Assembly (NCBI GenBank): GCA_028718605.1
Contig: JAQULM010000001.1
Coordinates: 519,006-583,005 of the forward strand
Direction of reading: 5' to 3'
Source: Patescibacteria group bacterium
GTDB taxonomy: Bacteria; Patescibacteriota; Patescibacteriia; UBA10025; JAHIVO01
DNA: 64,000 bases
Each line of letters begins with the position of its first letter. The stretch's first letter is position 1. The position numbers and the translations under genes were made by a program. Shown here piece after piece: positions 54,209-64,000 of this stretch. A model generated the notes under the pieces. That model saw only the letters and a list, made by a program, of their open reading frames with translations. It did no database searches and was not told the origin of the DNA.

Positions 54209-55717
54209 TTATTCCTGCTCCCAGGTCAGCACGCGATACTGGTCCGTCACTGGGAAAAACGGCGGTGGCGCAAAATAAAAATTCTCATCATAGTACAGGT
54301 TGCGGATGCAGTACCCGCTCGCTGTCGTGCCGCACGGCGCGCACGCCGGGTTCCCGGCACCGCCGCATACATAGGCGAACCCGTAGCGCTGGTTTGTCCC
54401 GATCGCCCCGTAGTTCGTGTACGTCGAGCGGACGTAATTTTGGTTGCAGCTCGCAGGATCAAACGTTCCGGAATCCGCAGCATAGTAGAGCCGGCCAACC
54501 TTGCCTTTCTGCGCTATCTGTGCGGCGTCGACTCGCAAATCATCTTCGCTATAGAAACCGGCGAGGATGCTGTCCTGCGCGATAAGGCCGATCGCGTCAG
54601 TGCCGTCGTAGTTTGTATAGGTAAGGTCATTATTGATAATTATCGAAGCGTTGCCGGAACTATACGGGGCTTTGGCGGCGATGATCGATACGCGGCTTCC
54701 ATTTACCTGGCCGTCAACCCATACATCATCCTCGATGAAGATAAGCCCGTTCGCCGGCATGCTGAGGCTCCCGGAATCGACACCGTGGTAATCAAATGTT
54801 GACTCAGTCTCGATTGACCATAGGTTCGTACTCGTGTAGTTAGTCCACCAACACCACAGCCAAAAGCAGGTGTACTTCCGGCACGTTTTTTGGGCTGTAA
54901 CCCGATAAATTCCGACTTTCTCGCCCGGCAGGAACTTCACGTGATACCCTTCGGTGCCGGAATCAGTCAGGTAAATGCCCCCCGATTCAGCTTCCTCCTG
55001 CAGATCATCAAATTCACCGCTGATTCCCGTAAAGCTGACGCTGCCAGCGTCAATAACCCTGCCTGCCGCGAATACGTCGGGACGGCTTGCGAGCTCTGTC
55101 GGCGGCGCCGCATCAACGGGCGTCAGGTGCGTATGGACAGCCCATTCGTCAGCTCCCGAGTGGTCCGGGTCGTTGTAGGTAATCTCAGAGCTGCTCACCA
55201 CGTTATGCGCAAACCCGTCAAATCGGATCCCGTAGTTCGAATGAATCGGCCCAAACACTTCCGTGCCTTCCCCAAACCGCATGTTATCATTCGCAACAAC
55301 CGCAAAATTAGTGAATGACGGCCGGCCGAGCTTTGCGGTGATTGCCCGCTCGACCAGTGTGCTCGCCGTGGTGCTTCCGAGTGAGCGGATTTCCGCGACC
55401 GTTGATCCGGCGGGCGGAGCGGTGATATCCAGCGTAAACTGCCCGAATGCATTACCGTCGGCATCCGTATAGGAATGAAGGTAGGGACCCGATGCGCCGG
55501 TTCCATCCTGGTAGTCTTCCTGCGCATGCGCGAGGTGCCACCGATAATATTCGATGCCCGCTTCAGCAACCTGGAATGCTGCCTCGGCGTGTGCGGAGTG
55601 GCCGGCGACTCGCATACGGCTGAGCACGTACGTTGTCGATATGGAAGCCAGGCTGACGAACAATGTCGTGATAATTAGCACGGGAATATAGATGCTGCCT
55701 CCTGTCCTATTCTTCAT
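54209..55717 (-). CDS. type IV pilus minor-pilin / PilX-like protein with N-terminal TM segment
   Basis: N-terminal hydrophobic helix (IYIPVLIITTLFVSLASIS), then a ~470-aa Ser/Thr/Gly/Asp-rich extracellular region with a C-terminal Cys cluster. Last gene of the pilin cluster. Confidence 0.45.
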   Translation of the reverse strand: MKNRTGGSIYIPVLIITTLFVSLASISTTYVLSRMRVAGHSAHAEAAFQVAEAGIEYYRWHLAHAQEDYQDGTGASGPYLHSYTDADGNAFGQFTLDITAPPAGSTVAEIRSLGSTTASTLVERAITAKLGRPSFTNFAVVANDNMRFGEGTEVFGPIHSNYGIRFDGFAHNVVSSSEITYNDPDHSGADEWAVHTHLTPVDAAPPTELASRPDVFAAGRVIDAGSVSFTGISGEFDDLQEEAESGGIYLTDSGTEGYHVKFLPGEKVGIYRVTAQKTCRKYTCFWLWCWWTNYTSTNLWSIETESTFDYHGVDSGSLSMPANGLIFIEDDVWVDGQVNGSRVSIIAAKAPYSSGNASIIINNDLTYTNYDGTDAIGLIAQDSILAGFYSEDDLRVDAAQIAQKGKVGRLYYAADSGTFDPASCNQNYVRSTYTNYGAIGTNQRYGFAYVCGGAGNPACAPCGTTASGYCIRNLYYDENFYFAPPPFFPVTDQYRVLTWEQE

Positions 55718-56330
55718 ATGTATACTTGAGATTTCTCAATGAAATATTCGTCCCGATTTCCAGCTGTTGTGATTGCTGGCCATACCCTGTCTCAACCAGG
55801 AATTTGATCTGCACCAAACTGACCTCGCGAAGGCTTACCGGTTCTGCGAGAGGCGCTGAGCTGCCATCATACGTTTTGTCGTAATACCGAAAAATATAAT
55901 CCTCATTCATGATATTTTCCGCGGCGATATGCCCATCATCTTCCGTGAATGCAGGATACTGGGGAGGTTCCGCCGTATCAGCGTTCACAACCCACCGGTA
56001 CAGGGTTGTCCCCTCAAGGGCATACCGAATCTTTTCCCTGCGGGCGTCACCCTGGACATTTGCATAAAAAACTATCTCAAACGGCTCGGCTATTTCCAAT
56101 GGATACGATCCGTTATCCGACAGTATCATCTCACGCACGTCACCAGTGACATCGTGCATAGCTGAACGGGCGTCTTCCTGGGCGTCAACCTGACTTCGCG
56201 TAATATTCCAGCGCCGCATACCCTCATACCCGTATGTTCCAACCCCAATGGCAATGGCTGAAACGATCCCGATGACAACGATCATCTCAACGACTGTAAA
56301 TCCATACATTGTATTCTTCAAGGCTTTCAT
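55707..56330 (-). CDS. type IV pilin-like protein (prepilin-type N-terminal cleavage/methylation domain)
   Basis: MKALKNTMYG|FTVVEMIVVIGIVSAIAIG: class III signal with the G-F-T-x-x-E prepilin motif. Confidence 0.65.
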   Translation of the reverse strand: MKALKNTMYGFTVVEMIVVIGIVSAIAIGVGTYGYEGMRRWNITRSQVDAQEDARSAMHDVTGDVREMILSDNGSYPLEIAEPFEIVFYANVQGDARREKIRYALEGTTLYRWVVNADTAEPPQYPAFTEDDGHIAAENIMNEDYIFRYYDKTYDGSSAPLAEPVSLREVSLVQIKFLVETGYGQQSQQLEIGTNISLRNLKYTYEE

Positions 56331-58642
56331 GGCAGTGGAGTTAAAAGCACCTCGACGGTCGTATATCCGCTCACCTTAATCGTCTGATTAACATCCTGGT
56401 ACCCGGGATGGTGGAGCTCGAGTACGTAGTCCCCCGCGGGCATATCGCTGAAATACGCCTGACCAGGGGGCAAACATTCCAGCGTATAACCGATACGGAT
56501 ATCGGTTACCGTCGGCGTGTAGTATATATCCTCAGTTGACAAGAACATCTTATACCGGAGATACCGGTTCCCGTCATGGCTGCTGTGCACATCACCGGCG
56601 GCCCCCTCGAAGTACGTCGCGCTCGTCCCATCGGGGCCGACATACGTCCACGTACTATTGTCACTGTTCGTCGCGATCTGGAATCGGACGCTCGTTTCTC
56701 CGGTTTCTGCGGGTTGGGCAACCAGGTCCCACGCAAGAGTAGTAAAATCGCTATGCCCCTCGGCCGCCGAACCGAGATCGATTGTCGAGGACTCAAGCTC
56801 ACCGGACGCCGCGTAGGTATCGAGTTCGTATTGCACCTCAAAATCCGAAACGACCGGTGTCACGTCTTCATCAGTCGTTTCCATTTCTATCCGAACATGC
56901 AACTCATCACCAGCGGCAGCAAAGACGTGCAAAGTTCCCAGTGTTACCTGTTCAAATGTCGTTCCACCATCAGCAGACAAATAGTAACGGATTGTCTGCC
57001 CATTGAGCGCCTCAGTTGCAGTAAGTGTTGCTGAAGAAATCTTGCCGTACTGCCCATTTAAGGGCTTTGTCTGCATATACTGGACCGTTCCTACGGGATA
57101 CACGCCGCCCTCGATGTCCATGCGGAGCTCCTGGTCTGGCACGTTCCAATCAGCCGTTGTGCTTCCGCCATCCTTATAATTTCCTGTCGAGAAGTCTTCC
57201 TCAAAACTATACGGCATGCTTACTTTCTGCAACGTCACCTGGCCGGTCGTGCTGGCTGTATCAACGTTTGTCCCGCTGAAATACCTGGTTTCGTCCGTAT
57301 ACAATTCCTGCCCAAATCCGCCCGACCAGTCAGTCTGCTGAATAAATCCCTGGCCGGTAATTTTGCTTTGGTCAAATGTTTCACCGGTATTGACGCCCCG
57401 TACGGTGACGTCCGACACATTGACGCGCGTGCCCGAATCTTTCGCGGTGACGAGCAATGAATTTTCGGTATGGGGGGCGAGCAGCACATTGATTGTTGTG
57501 CTCGTATTCGGCAGGATGTCCAGCGCAAGATCATGGTTGATGCCCGCAATATCGTATCCCGGCGTATCAACAACGAGGTCGTACCGGTCCCACTCAAGTT
57601 CCGCGGTTGACCAGTGCGGATTCAATAACGCATTGGTAGTGAACGAAATGACGTTTTTGAATATTTCGGGGTCGTTGCTGATTTTCTTATCCATGCCGCG
57701 CAACGTGAAATCGATGCCGTCCAAGGCCTCGCAGAACTCATTGTAACTGTTCACCGCGAGCGTGCTGAACTTATCAATAATAAATGTCACTTCATCGAGC
57801 TCCCCCTCGTGCACCGAAACGTCCCGCAGGACGGGATCGGGAACTCCCTCGGCATCCGTGCAAGCAGTGCCGCCGGTTTGCATACTGCACGTCCTGCTGG
57901 TCGTATAACCGTCCTTGGCCACCCGGATAACGTAACTGAACTGGGACGGCTCAAGATCAAGCAACAGAAGCTGGCCGAGGACATTGGTAGCCATTGAAAG
58001 GTTGACTGCAGGCGATACAGTAGTATTCGTAATGCTCACCGTTGCCCCAGAAACAGGCGCTCCGTTTGCATCAATTACTTTAATCAATAGAAAGCCTTTG
58101 TCGGTGTCTCCTTCAAGGTCTTGAGGCGCAATAATTGTCGAGAGCTTAATAGACTGATCACCGCTGAGAGTTGACCAGGAGACAACCACGTCACATTTTT
58201 TATAATCCGCAGGATTATTCTGGTTCGCGGGGATGTCGCGCGGTTTCTCGACAACCGAACCGTCCGCGCACTGGGACCACTGCTCTGGCGGCAGTCCAAC
58301 AGCGAGGCCGGCGCATCCATCAAACGGATCATCGAAATACTTGATCGTTGTCGCGATTGTGTATGTCACGCCAGACTGTTTCTGCTCGCGAGTCGGCTGG
58401 ATGCTGCCCTGGGGGGAACCGGTTGTGGTGCCGAGGAGATAGTAATCGATGTTACGGAGCACTTCCATTTGGGAATTCGCGATTTCCACCGCGAGTAATT
58501 TCGCTTTCGACCGCTGCAGTCCCTTGAATGAATTGTCAAACGCGTTCAGCATCAGGATAAACAGGGCCGAAAAAATCAGAAGCACAACGAGTACCTCTAC
58601 CAGCGTGAAACCGCTCTCTGTTCGGATCGCTCTCTGGCGCAT
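56327..58642 (-). CDS. very large type IV pilin / pseudopilin (~770 aa) with prepilin N-terminus
   Basis: Start chosen at MRQRAIRTESG|FTLVEVLVVLLIFSALFILMLNAF (ATG 58640-58642) inside ORF 56327..59068. Long Thr/Ser/Gly/Asp-rich beta-rich extracellular region. Confidence 0.6.
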   Translation of the reverse strand: MRQRAIRTESGFTLVEVLVVLLIFSALFILMLNAFDNSFKGLQRSKAKLLAVEIANSQMEVLRNIDYYLLGTTTGSPQGSIQPTREQKQSGVTYTIATTIKYFDDPFDGCAGLAVGLPPEQWSQCADGSVVEKPRDIPANQNNPADYKKCDVVVSWSTLSGDQSIKLSTIIAPQDLEGDTDKGFLLIKVIDANGAPVSGATVSITNTTVSPAVNLSMATNVLGQLLLLDLEPSQFSYVIRVAKDGYTTSRTCSMQTGGTACTDAEGVPDPVLRDVSVHEGELDEVTFIIDKFSTLAVNSYNEFCEALDGIDFTLRGMDKKISNDPEIFKNVISFTTNALLNPHWSTAELEWDRYDLVVDTPGYDIAGINHDLALDILPNTSTTINVLLAPHTENSLLVTAKDSGTRVNVSDVTVRGVNTGETFDQSKITGQGFIQQTDWSGGFGQELYTDETRYFSGTNVDTASTTGQVTLQKVSMPYSFEEDFSTGNYKDGGSTTADWNVPDQELRMDIEGGVYPVGTVQYMQTKPLNGQYGKISSATLTATEALNGQTIRYYLSADGGTTFEQVTLGTLHVFAAAGDELHVRIEMETTDEDVTPVVSDFEVQYELDTYAASGELESSTIDLGSAAEGHSDFTTLAWDLVAQPAETGETSVRFQIATNSDNSTWTYVGPDGTSATYFEGAAGDVHSSHDGNRYLRYKMFLSTEDIYYTPTVTDIRIGYTLECLPPGQAYFSDMPAGDYVLELHHPGYQDVNQTIKVSGYTTVEVLLTPLP

Positions 58643-58813
58643 ATTGTTCTGAAAATATGGACTTATTATACCTAAATTAACGCCCCCTGCCAACCAACGT
58701 TGGGGGATTGGGCGATGCGATGAAGCCGCTGCCCCTCTGTGGAATGTTAATGTATAAATAAGCGAGGATTTTTGGTATACTGCAGGATGCATAAACAATA
58801 ATACGCAATAATT

Positions 58814-59185
58814 ATGGACCAGCCAACGAACACCCCAAACCAACCGATCAACAAAAAAACTGGCCCCGTGCCGATTTTTATCCTCGTCCTCTTCGTGCTC
58901 TTGGTCGTCGGCGGCTTGTCGTACATCCTCCTCTCGGGGAAATGGGTGGCGTCCAACGAAAACACAACCAATGGCAATACAAACGCCGCTCTGAATACGA
59001 ACGCGGCAACCACCAACAGCGCGGCGGCCACTACCAACCAGCTCCTCGGCGGCGATCGTGACGAACACGGATGCATCGGTTCGGCAGGATATTCATGGTG
59101 CGAAGCAAAACAGAAGTGCCTGCGCACGTGGGAAGAACCGTGTACGCTAGAGAATTCGAACAGCGCTTCCAATACGAACGAATAG
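58814..59185 (+). CDS. small secreted/membrane-anchored protein with Asn/Thr/Ala low-complexity region and C-terminal 4-Cys module
   Basis: TM helix (PIFILVLFVLLVVGGLSYILL), then N/T-rich linker, then HGCIGSAGYSWCEAKQKCLRTWEEPC. Upstream extended -10 tttTGgTATACT. Confidence 0.35.
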   Translation: MDQPTNTPNQPINKKTGPVPIFILVLFVLLVVGGLSYILLSGKWVASNENTTNGNTNAALNTNAATTNSAAATTNQLLGGDRDEHGCIGSAGYSWCEAKQKCLRTWEEPCTLENSNSASNTNE

Positions 59186-59279
59186 CCTGGCAATAACCTA
59201 GAAAGCTCCTGTACAAAAAGGAGTTTTTTAGTGCGGCAGCGCCCTGTCATATTCCGGCTTTTTTTGCTATGGTAAGGGT

Positions 59280-60734
59280 ATGAAACAGCTTGACGCACTG
59301 CTCCAGAAAAAACATTTTTCATTCATCGGCACTCTCCGGAAGCAATTTCCAAATGCTGAAGTTTTTCTTGTTGGCGGCATTGTCCGGGATGCAATCCTCA
59401 AACGTGAATCAAAGGACTACGACTTTGTCGTGCGCAACGTGCCGATGAAACACCTGCAGGCCGCGCTTTCACAATTAGGGAGCGTTGACTTGGTCGGGAA
59501 AACATTCGGCGTATTAAAATTCGTGCCGCAGGGCGCGCACGGCATCGAACCCATCGACATTGCCTTGCCGCGAACTGAACATGCGTTCATGACGGGCGGG
59601 TACCGCGACGTCGACGTGCAATCGAATCCGAAACTCCCGATCGCGGAAGACCTACAGCGAAGGGACTTCACAATCAACGCGCTCGCGTACGATATCGCGA
59701 ATAAAAAACTCATCGACTTGTTTGGTGGCGTTCGCGACATCCGCAAAAAGCGCATCCTGACCGTCGGCACACCCGCCGAGCGGTTTCGGGAAGATTACTC
59801 ACGTATGCTCCGGGCACTGCGCTTCGCATGCCAACTCGGCTTCACCATCGAGGCGAAAACGTGGGCAGAACTAAAAAAACGGATGGAGGCAATCAATGCG
59901 CCCCATGGTGAAGGATTTGTCGTGCCGCGCGAGGTCATTGCCAAAGAACTGGCGCGGGCGTTCGTTGCCGACCCGGTGCGGGCGCTCGACCTGCATGACA
60001 CATCAACGGCGATGGATCAGCTCATGCCTGAGCTCCTTGCCATGAAGGGATGCCCCCAACCGCGTAACTTCCATACCGAAGGCGACGTGTGGAAACACAC
60101 ACGCCTGGCGCTCAAAAACCTTTCATCAAAACGCTACCGCACAAAATTCGGGAGCGCTGCGCCGTCAGCGGAACTGGTCTTCGGACTCCTGTTCCATGAC
60201 CTCGGCAAGCCAGCAACGAAGGAGCGGCGAGACCGCCTGCGGTTCAACAACCACGACACCGTAGGTTCCGAACAAGCGCGCGTAATCATGGAACGGCTGA
60301 AGCTGTCGAGCGCTGGCGTTGATGTTGAAAAAACGGTCTGGCTCTGCCGGAAGCATATGATCGTGACGCATACGAAAAAATCTCCGATGCGTTCAACCAC
60401 GCTCGAGAAATATTTTTTCAACCCGCGGGTTCCCGGCGACGATCTCATGAAACTCATGTTCGCGGACGTACAGGCAACCGTGCCGGCGACGGGCAAGCCG
60501 GATTTTACCGAATACCGGATGCTCGAGCAGCAGGTCGGGAAGCTCGCGGCTATAGCAAAAAAGCGGAAAATCCTCCCGCCCGATCTCCTCAATGGCAATG
60601 AGATAATGAAACTGCGGAAGTTGGGGCCCGGACCGCAGATCGGCAAGCTAAAATCGCTCCTCCGCGAACAGCAGCTGCGTGGCACCGTTACGACAAAACA
60701 GGAAGCAACCGATTATCTTTCAACCCATGCTTAA
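59280..60734 (+). CDS. cca: CCA-adding tRNA nucleotidyltransferase with HD domain
   Basis: GGIVRDAIL, RDFTINALA polymerase-beta head motifs; C-terminal HD (HDLGK). Confidence 0.8.
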   Translation: MKQLDALLQKKHFSFIGTLRKQFPNAEVFLVGGIVRDAILKRESKDYDFVVRNVPMKHLQAALSQLGSVDLVGKTFGVLKFVPQGAHGIEPIDIALPRTEHAFMTGGYRDVDVQSNPKLPIAEDLQRRDFTINALAYDIANKKLIDLFGGVRDIRKKRILTVGTPAERFREDYSRMLRALRFACQLGFTIEAKTWAELKKRMEAINAPHGEGFVVPREVIAKELARAFVADPVRALDLHDTSTAMDQLMPELLAMKGCPQPRNFHTEGDVWKHTRLALKNLSSKRYRTKFGSAAPSAELVFGLLFHDLGKPATKERRDRLRFNNHDTVGSEQARVIMERLKLSSAGVDVEKTVWLCRKHMIVTHTKKSPMRSTTLEKYFFNPRVPGDDLMKLMFADVQATVPATGKPDFTEYRMLEQQVGKLAAIAKKRKILPPDLLNGNEIMKLRKLGPGPQIGKLKSLLREQQLRGTVTTKQEATDYLSTHA

Positions 60735-61674
60735 GATTACCGTCACCATTGATGAAGCGGGCCAGCGGCTTGATAAATTTCTCGCCTCCCATCTGCAAGA
60801 ACAAAGCCGGTCACAGCTGCAAAAACACATCAAGGCTGGCGATATTACCGTGAATGAAAAAAACGTTGCTGTCCACTATGTCATAAAATCGGGCGACATC
60901 GTCACCATCAGAGATATCGCTGCGCATAACCTGCCGTACCCAACCCCGGCTACCACGCTTCAAAAAGCTGCCATGCCACTCGACATCATCGCTGATACGG
61001 ACAACTACCTCGTGGTGAACAAGCCTGCCGGCATGATCGTGCACCAGGCGCCCGGTGAACACGGCCCCATCATGATTGACGTACTATTGAAAAAATATCC
61101 TGCAATCGCGAAAATCGGCGAGGACCCATCGCGGCCAGGCATCGTGCACCGCCTCGACAAGGAAGTATCCGGCGTGATCGCCGTGCCAAAAACGCAGGGA
61201 ATGTTCGACCACTTAAAGAGCCAGTTCAAGGCGCGGACTGTACGGAAAGAATACTTCGCGCTGGTATACGGGACGCCACAGCAGCCGGAAGGTGAAATTT
61301 CATTTAACATTGACCGCAGTGAAACTGCCGGGTATAAAATGGCTGCCGTGCCAGCGACCGGCAGCGGCGACCGCGGCAAGCGTGCGGTCACGGAATTCGA
61401 AGTCATCGAACGGCTCGGCAACTATACGCTCCTCAATGTGAAGCCCCGAACGGGCAGGACGCACCAGATCCGCGTGCATCTCAATGCATATGGGCTCCCG
61501 ATCGTCGGCGATCTGGTATACAAGCCAAAAAAACTAAAGCAGAGTATCCAGTTACATCGGATATTCCTCCATGCCCATCGCCTCGGTTTCAATGACCTCG
61601 CGGGTTCATGGCATGACTATGAGGCCCCCTTGTCGCCTGAACTCAATGCAGTCCTGCAGGCCTTGCGGAGTTGA
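60727..61674 (+). CDS. rluD: RluA-family pseudouridine synthase (RluD-like) with N-terminal S4 domain
   Basis: S4 region …LDKFLASHL…; catalytic HRLDKEVSGVI motif. Start set at MLKITV (ATG 60727). Confidence 0.8.
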   Translation: MLKITVTIDEAGQRLDKFLASHLQEQSRSQLQKHIKAGDITVNEKNVAVHYVIKSGDIVTIRDIAAHNLPYPTPATTLQKAAMPLDIIADTDNYLVVNKPAGMIVHQAPGEHGPIMIDVLLKKYPAIAKIGEDPSRPGIVHRLDKEVSGVIAVPKTQGMFDHLKSQFKARTVRKEYFALVYGTPQQPEGEISFNIDRSETAGYKMAAVPATGSGDRGKRAVTEFEVIERLGNYTLLNVKPRTGRTHQIRVHLNAYGLPIVGDLVYKPKKLKQSIQLHRIFLHAHRLGFNDLAGSWHDYEAPLSPELNAVLQALRS

Positions 61675-61737
61675 CAAATACAGGCGAGATAGCTATGCTG
61701 ATAAAGCTAACTTGAAATAATTCAACTATCAACAGCC

Positions 61738-62079
61738 ATGGTAACCGCACACGAACTCAACAAATCGAAGCTCAAGAAAGACCTGCCCGATATTCAACCG
61801 GGCATGACGGTCATTGTTCATCAAAAAATCAAGGAAGGCGAAAAAGAACGCACGCAGAAATATGAAGGCATGGTGCTCGGCCGCCACGGCGGCACGAACC
61901 TCTCTGCCACCATTACAGTGCGGAAAATATCAGAGGGGGTTGGCGTGGAAAAGATATTCCCGCTGCACTCACCGACAATCGTGAAAATCGAGGTGGTCAA
62001 GCGTGCGAAGGTCCGCCGCGCAAAGCTGTTCTACCTGAAAGGCTATAAAAAACGCCTCAAAGAAACCGCAGTTAAATAA
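61738..62079 (+). CDS. rplS: 50S ribosomal protein L19
   Basis: …[34 protein letters not shown]… typical bL19. Confidence 0.9.
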   Translation: MVTAHELNKSKLKKDLPDIQPGMTVIVHQKIKEGEKERTQKYEGMVLGRHGGTNLSATITVRKISEGVGVEKIFPLHSPTIVKIEVVKRAKVRRAKLFYLKGYKKRLKETAVK

Positions 62080-62180
62080 TTTCTAATTCCTTCGAAAAGG
62101 ACGGGCTGGCACAGCAACCCTGTCCTTGAGCAGCTCCACAACTCTGTGCGGGTTCATTTACATATACATTAAGACTTCGC

Positions 62181-62263
62181 GCCCAGGTGGTGGAATTGGT
62201 ATACACACTAGGTTGAGGGCCTAGGCTCATTTGAGCGTGCGGGTTCAACTCCCGCCCTGGGCA
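62181..62263 (+). tRNA. tRNA-Leu (anticodon GAG), long variable arm, no encoded CCA
   Basis: GCCCAGGTGGTGGAATTGGTATACACACTAGGTTGAGGGCCTAGGCTCATTTGAGCGTGCGGGTTCAACTCCCGCCCTGGGCA. Confidence 0.8.
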
Positions 62264-62446
62264 TTACACGATGACGCTTCTTTCAAAACTTACAGCCTGA
62301 TTTATTTCCCAAGGATTGGTAAATCGTTGCGGGAGTTGAAGCTGACCCGAACGCGCCGACAGGCGATGAAGTGAGGGCAGCGGGCTGCGGAGGAGAGCAA
62401 GGAGCGCTGCGACGGGCTCGGGGGAGCAGAACTCCCGCCCTGGGCA
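62264..62446 (+). repeat. tRNA-3'-end-tagged structured element, copy L1 (family 2)
   Basis: …GCGGGAGTTGAAGCTGACCCGAACGCGCCGACAGGCGATGAAGTGAGGGCAGCGGGCTGCGGAGGAG…GCAGAACTCCCGCCCTGGGCA. The 5' arm GCGGGAGTTGAA is the exact antisense of the tRNA-Leu TTCAACTCCCGC. The last 17 nt copy the tRNA 3' end. Confidence 0.7.
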
Positions 62447-62567
62447 AATTGAAAATACTAAGACAATCCGAAATCATTCTGATGATTGAGGAAAGCGGAG
62501 GCTTTGTGCGATAGGTGAAGCAGCTTCACGAATGTGGAGATGCGAAACCTGTAGCACAAAATGACGC

Positions 62568-62643
62568 GGTGGCCATAGCACAATGGTTAGTGCACAGGTC
62601 TGTGGCACCTGTGATATGGGTTCAATTCCCATTGGCCACCCCA
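62568..62643 (+). tRNA. tRNA-His (anticodon GTG) with G-1, CCA encoded
   Basis: G-GTGGCCATAGCACAATGGTTAGTGCACAGGTCTGTGGCACCTGTGATATGGGTTCAATTCCCATTGGCCACCCCA. Confidence 0.85.
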
Positions 62644-62813
62644 GAACAGGCTAGCTAGTACATAGGTAGTCTGTTTTGGGACGAAAGCGTCTACAATCCA
62701 AGAGAATTGAAGCCGACCCGAACGCGCCGACAGGCGATGAAGTGAGGGCGGCCGGCTCCGGAGGAGCGAAGTGAAAACGACGCGGGGGAGGAGAATTCCC
62801 ATTGGCCACCCCA
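62644..62813 (+). repeat. tRNA-3'-end-tagged structured element, copy H1 (family 2)
   Basis: …GAGAATTGAAGCCGACCCGAACGCGCCGACAGGCGATGAAGTGAGGGCGGCCGGCTCCGGAGGAGCG…GAGAATTCCCATTGGCCACCCCA. The 5' arm GAATTGAA is antisense to the tRNA-His TTCAATTC. The last 20 nt copy the tRNA 3' end including CCA. Confidence 0.7.
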
Positions 62814-63008
62814 GAAAAAGTTGCGGCACCCGTTTAGGGTGGCGGAACTTTTTCTGATAGGGATAAAAAAATGCGGATGTCATCTGCTCTTCAAAGGGTA
62901 CGCGCACCAGTGAGGAATACTGGCTGCATACGGCCCTTGAGGAAACAGACTTCATCCGCAGTTGCTGTTCGGTTCAATACAGGTTAGGTTCCCAGACTAA
63001 TAAACTGC

Positions 63009-63554
63009 CTATCCAACCATAGGCTCAAGATCGAGATCCTCGAGGGTGCCGACAACGACGATGTCGGCCGACTCGCCCTTCCATTCACCGCCCAATTCGC
63101 CTTGCCGGATCTTTTTATAGCAGTCCGTCACGGACTGCCAATTGGTCCCACGGACCCGGATCCGTACCACCGCGCGGTATGCTTTCGCGAAATTCATAAT
63201 TTCAGACGAAGCCGAAGGCGTATTAAATTCTGCTGCGCCGTACTCGACTTCCCAGGAGGACTCTCCCAGTTTGCCGGCACCCTGTCTGATGTGCCGGTTC
63301 TGCTCCATCGGAACCTTGGCATAGAGCGAGAATGCGACTGGCTGCAGTCCACGGACAAAGGGCGGCATGGGTTCGGTCAGCGAATCCAGGGTACAGTAAA
63401 CCAGGTTTCGGTTACTTGTGTCCGCCTTAAACAGGCCCCAGGAATATTTCCAGGGCGTTTCGGGTCCGACATCCTGCTTGATCCCAGCCGCTTTAAGCCG
63501 GGCTTCTACTGATCTCTTGCGGAAGTATACACGGATATTCATCTTTTTCCTCAC
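63009..63554 (-). CDS. hypothetical protein (181 aa), no recognised domain
   Basis: ORF with reasonable length and composition directly downstream of the tRNA-His element; family unknown. Confidence 0.3.
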   Translation of the reverse strand: MRKKMNIRVYFRKRSVEARLKAAGIKQDVGPETPWKYSWGLFKADTSNRNLVYCTLDSLTEPMPPFVRGLQPVAFSLYAKVPMEQNRHIRQGAGKLGESSWEVEYGAAEFNTPSASSEIMNFAKAYRAVVRIRVRGTNWQSVTDCYKKIRQGELGGEWKGESADIVVVGTLEDLDLEPMVG

Positions 63555-63760
63555 TTTCTACTCGTTTGTTTGTTGGATGTATTGCGTTTGACTTATTGCC
63601 TCTTTGGACGAGGCTATTGTGGGGAACCACTCCCAAATGTAAACGAACAGCAAACGCGTAAAACTATCACAAAAAGGAAATCCTGTCAAGCCCGAAGCTC
63701 ATTGATCCGAATGTTTGTTGCCCTTGTTTTTTATACCCTGGACACTATACTGACAGCACA

Positions 63761-64000
63761 ATGCATCGCATCCGTATCATTCTCGAAATCATCCTGGTAT
63801 TCGTCGTCCCGATCCTCTGGTTTGTGCTTGGGCTCGGGGAGCATGAACACCGGCTCATTGTTTTCGAGCTGCTTGTCGGCCTGACCGTCGCCCTAGCGCT
63901 GATGCACCGCATGGGCTTCCGGGCATTGGGCTTCCGCACGGACAACTTCCTGGCCGCGGCGAAACTGCTGCTGCCCGGGTCTGTCCTCGCGCTGGCGGCG
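63761..64000 (+). CDS. hypothetical membrane protein, 3'-truncated at window end
   Basis: ATG 63761; MHRIRIILEIILVFVVPILWFVLGLGEHEHRLIVFELLVGLTVALAL… (≥2 TM). Open to the end of the window. Confidence 0.3.
   Translation, partial: MHRIRIILEIILVFVVPILWFVLGLGEHEHRLIVFELLVGLTVALALMHRMGFRALGFRTDNFLAAAKLLLPGSVLALAA

Noticed and set aside
53985-54585. Plus-strand ORFs 53985..54278 and 54154..54585
   Set aside because: They overlap the minus-strand PilX-like gene and the downstream region, and have Arg/Ser-rich composition without motifs. Likely non-coding.

Overview
Small-genome bacterial contig, about 55% GC, with gene content that looks like Candidate Phyla Radiation / Patescibacteria. That placement is inference from a large type IV pilin cluster, a 16S gene not linked to 23S, and a short SMC with no obvious hinge. 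The window runs from the 3' end of pyrD through a pyrimidine cluster (pyrD-pyrK-pyrC-pyrE-pyrF), then an OTCase-like carbamoyltransferase. After that come smc, rpsP, a KH protein, trmD, a 16S rRNA gene followed by tRNA-Ile, envelope and methyltransferase genes, and an operon of two ATP-grasp ligases, a 7TM protein and a MATCAP/DUF1704-like metallopeptidase. A long minus-strand block follows: tig, a lipid-metabolism cluster, H+-PPase, nusA, rnhB, cmk, pnp, rpsO. The window ends with a tyrosine recombinase, a type IV pilin cluster, cca, rluD and rplS. There are 11 tRNA genes in total. The most unusual signal is repeated rather than protein-coding. Five tRNA genes (Gly-TCC twice, Lys, Leu-GAG, His) are each followed by a structured element of about 150-200 nt. 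Each element begins with a segment antisense to that tRNA's T-loop and ends with a direct copy of the tRNA's last 17-21 nt. Internal stems show compensatory base changes between copies. The tRNA-Phe locus is a mosaic of tRNA fragments around an identical 78-nt duplicated insert. The 3' end of the carbamoyltransferase gene is present three times, the extra copies bracketing small inserted islands. A candidate ncRNA of about 365 nt with a consensus promoter and intrinsic terminator lies between cmk and rnhB.
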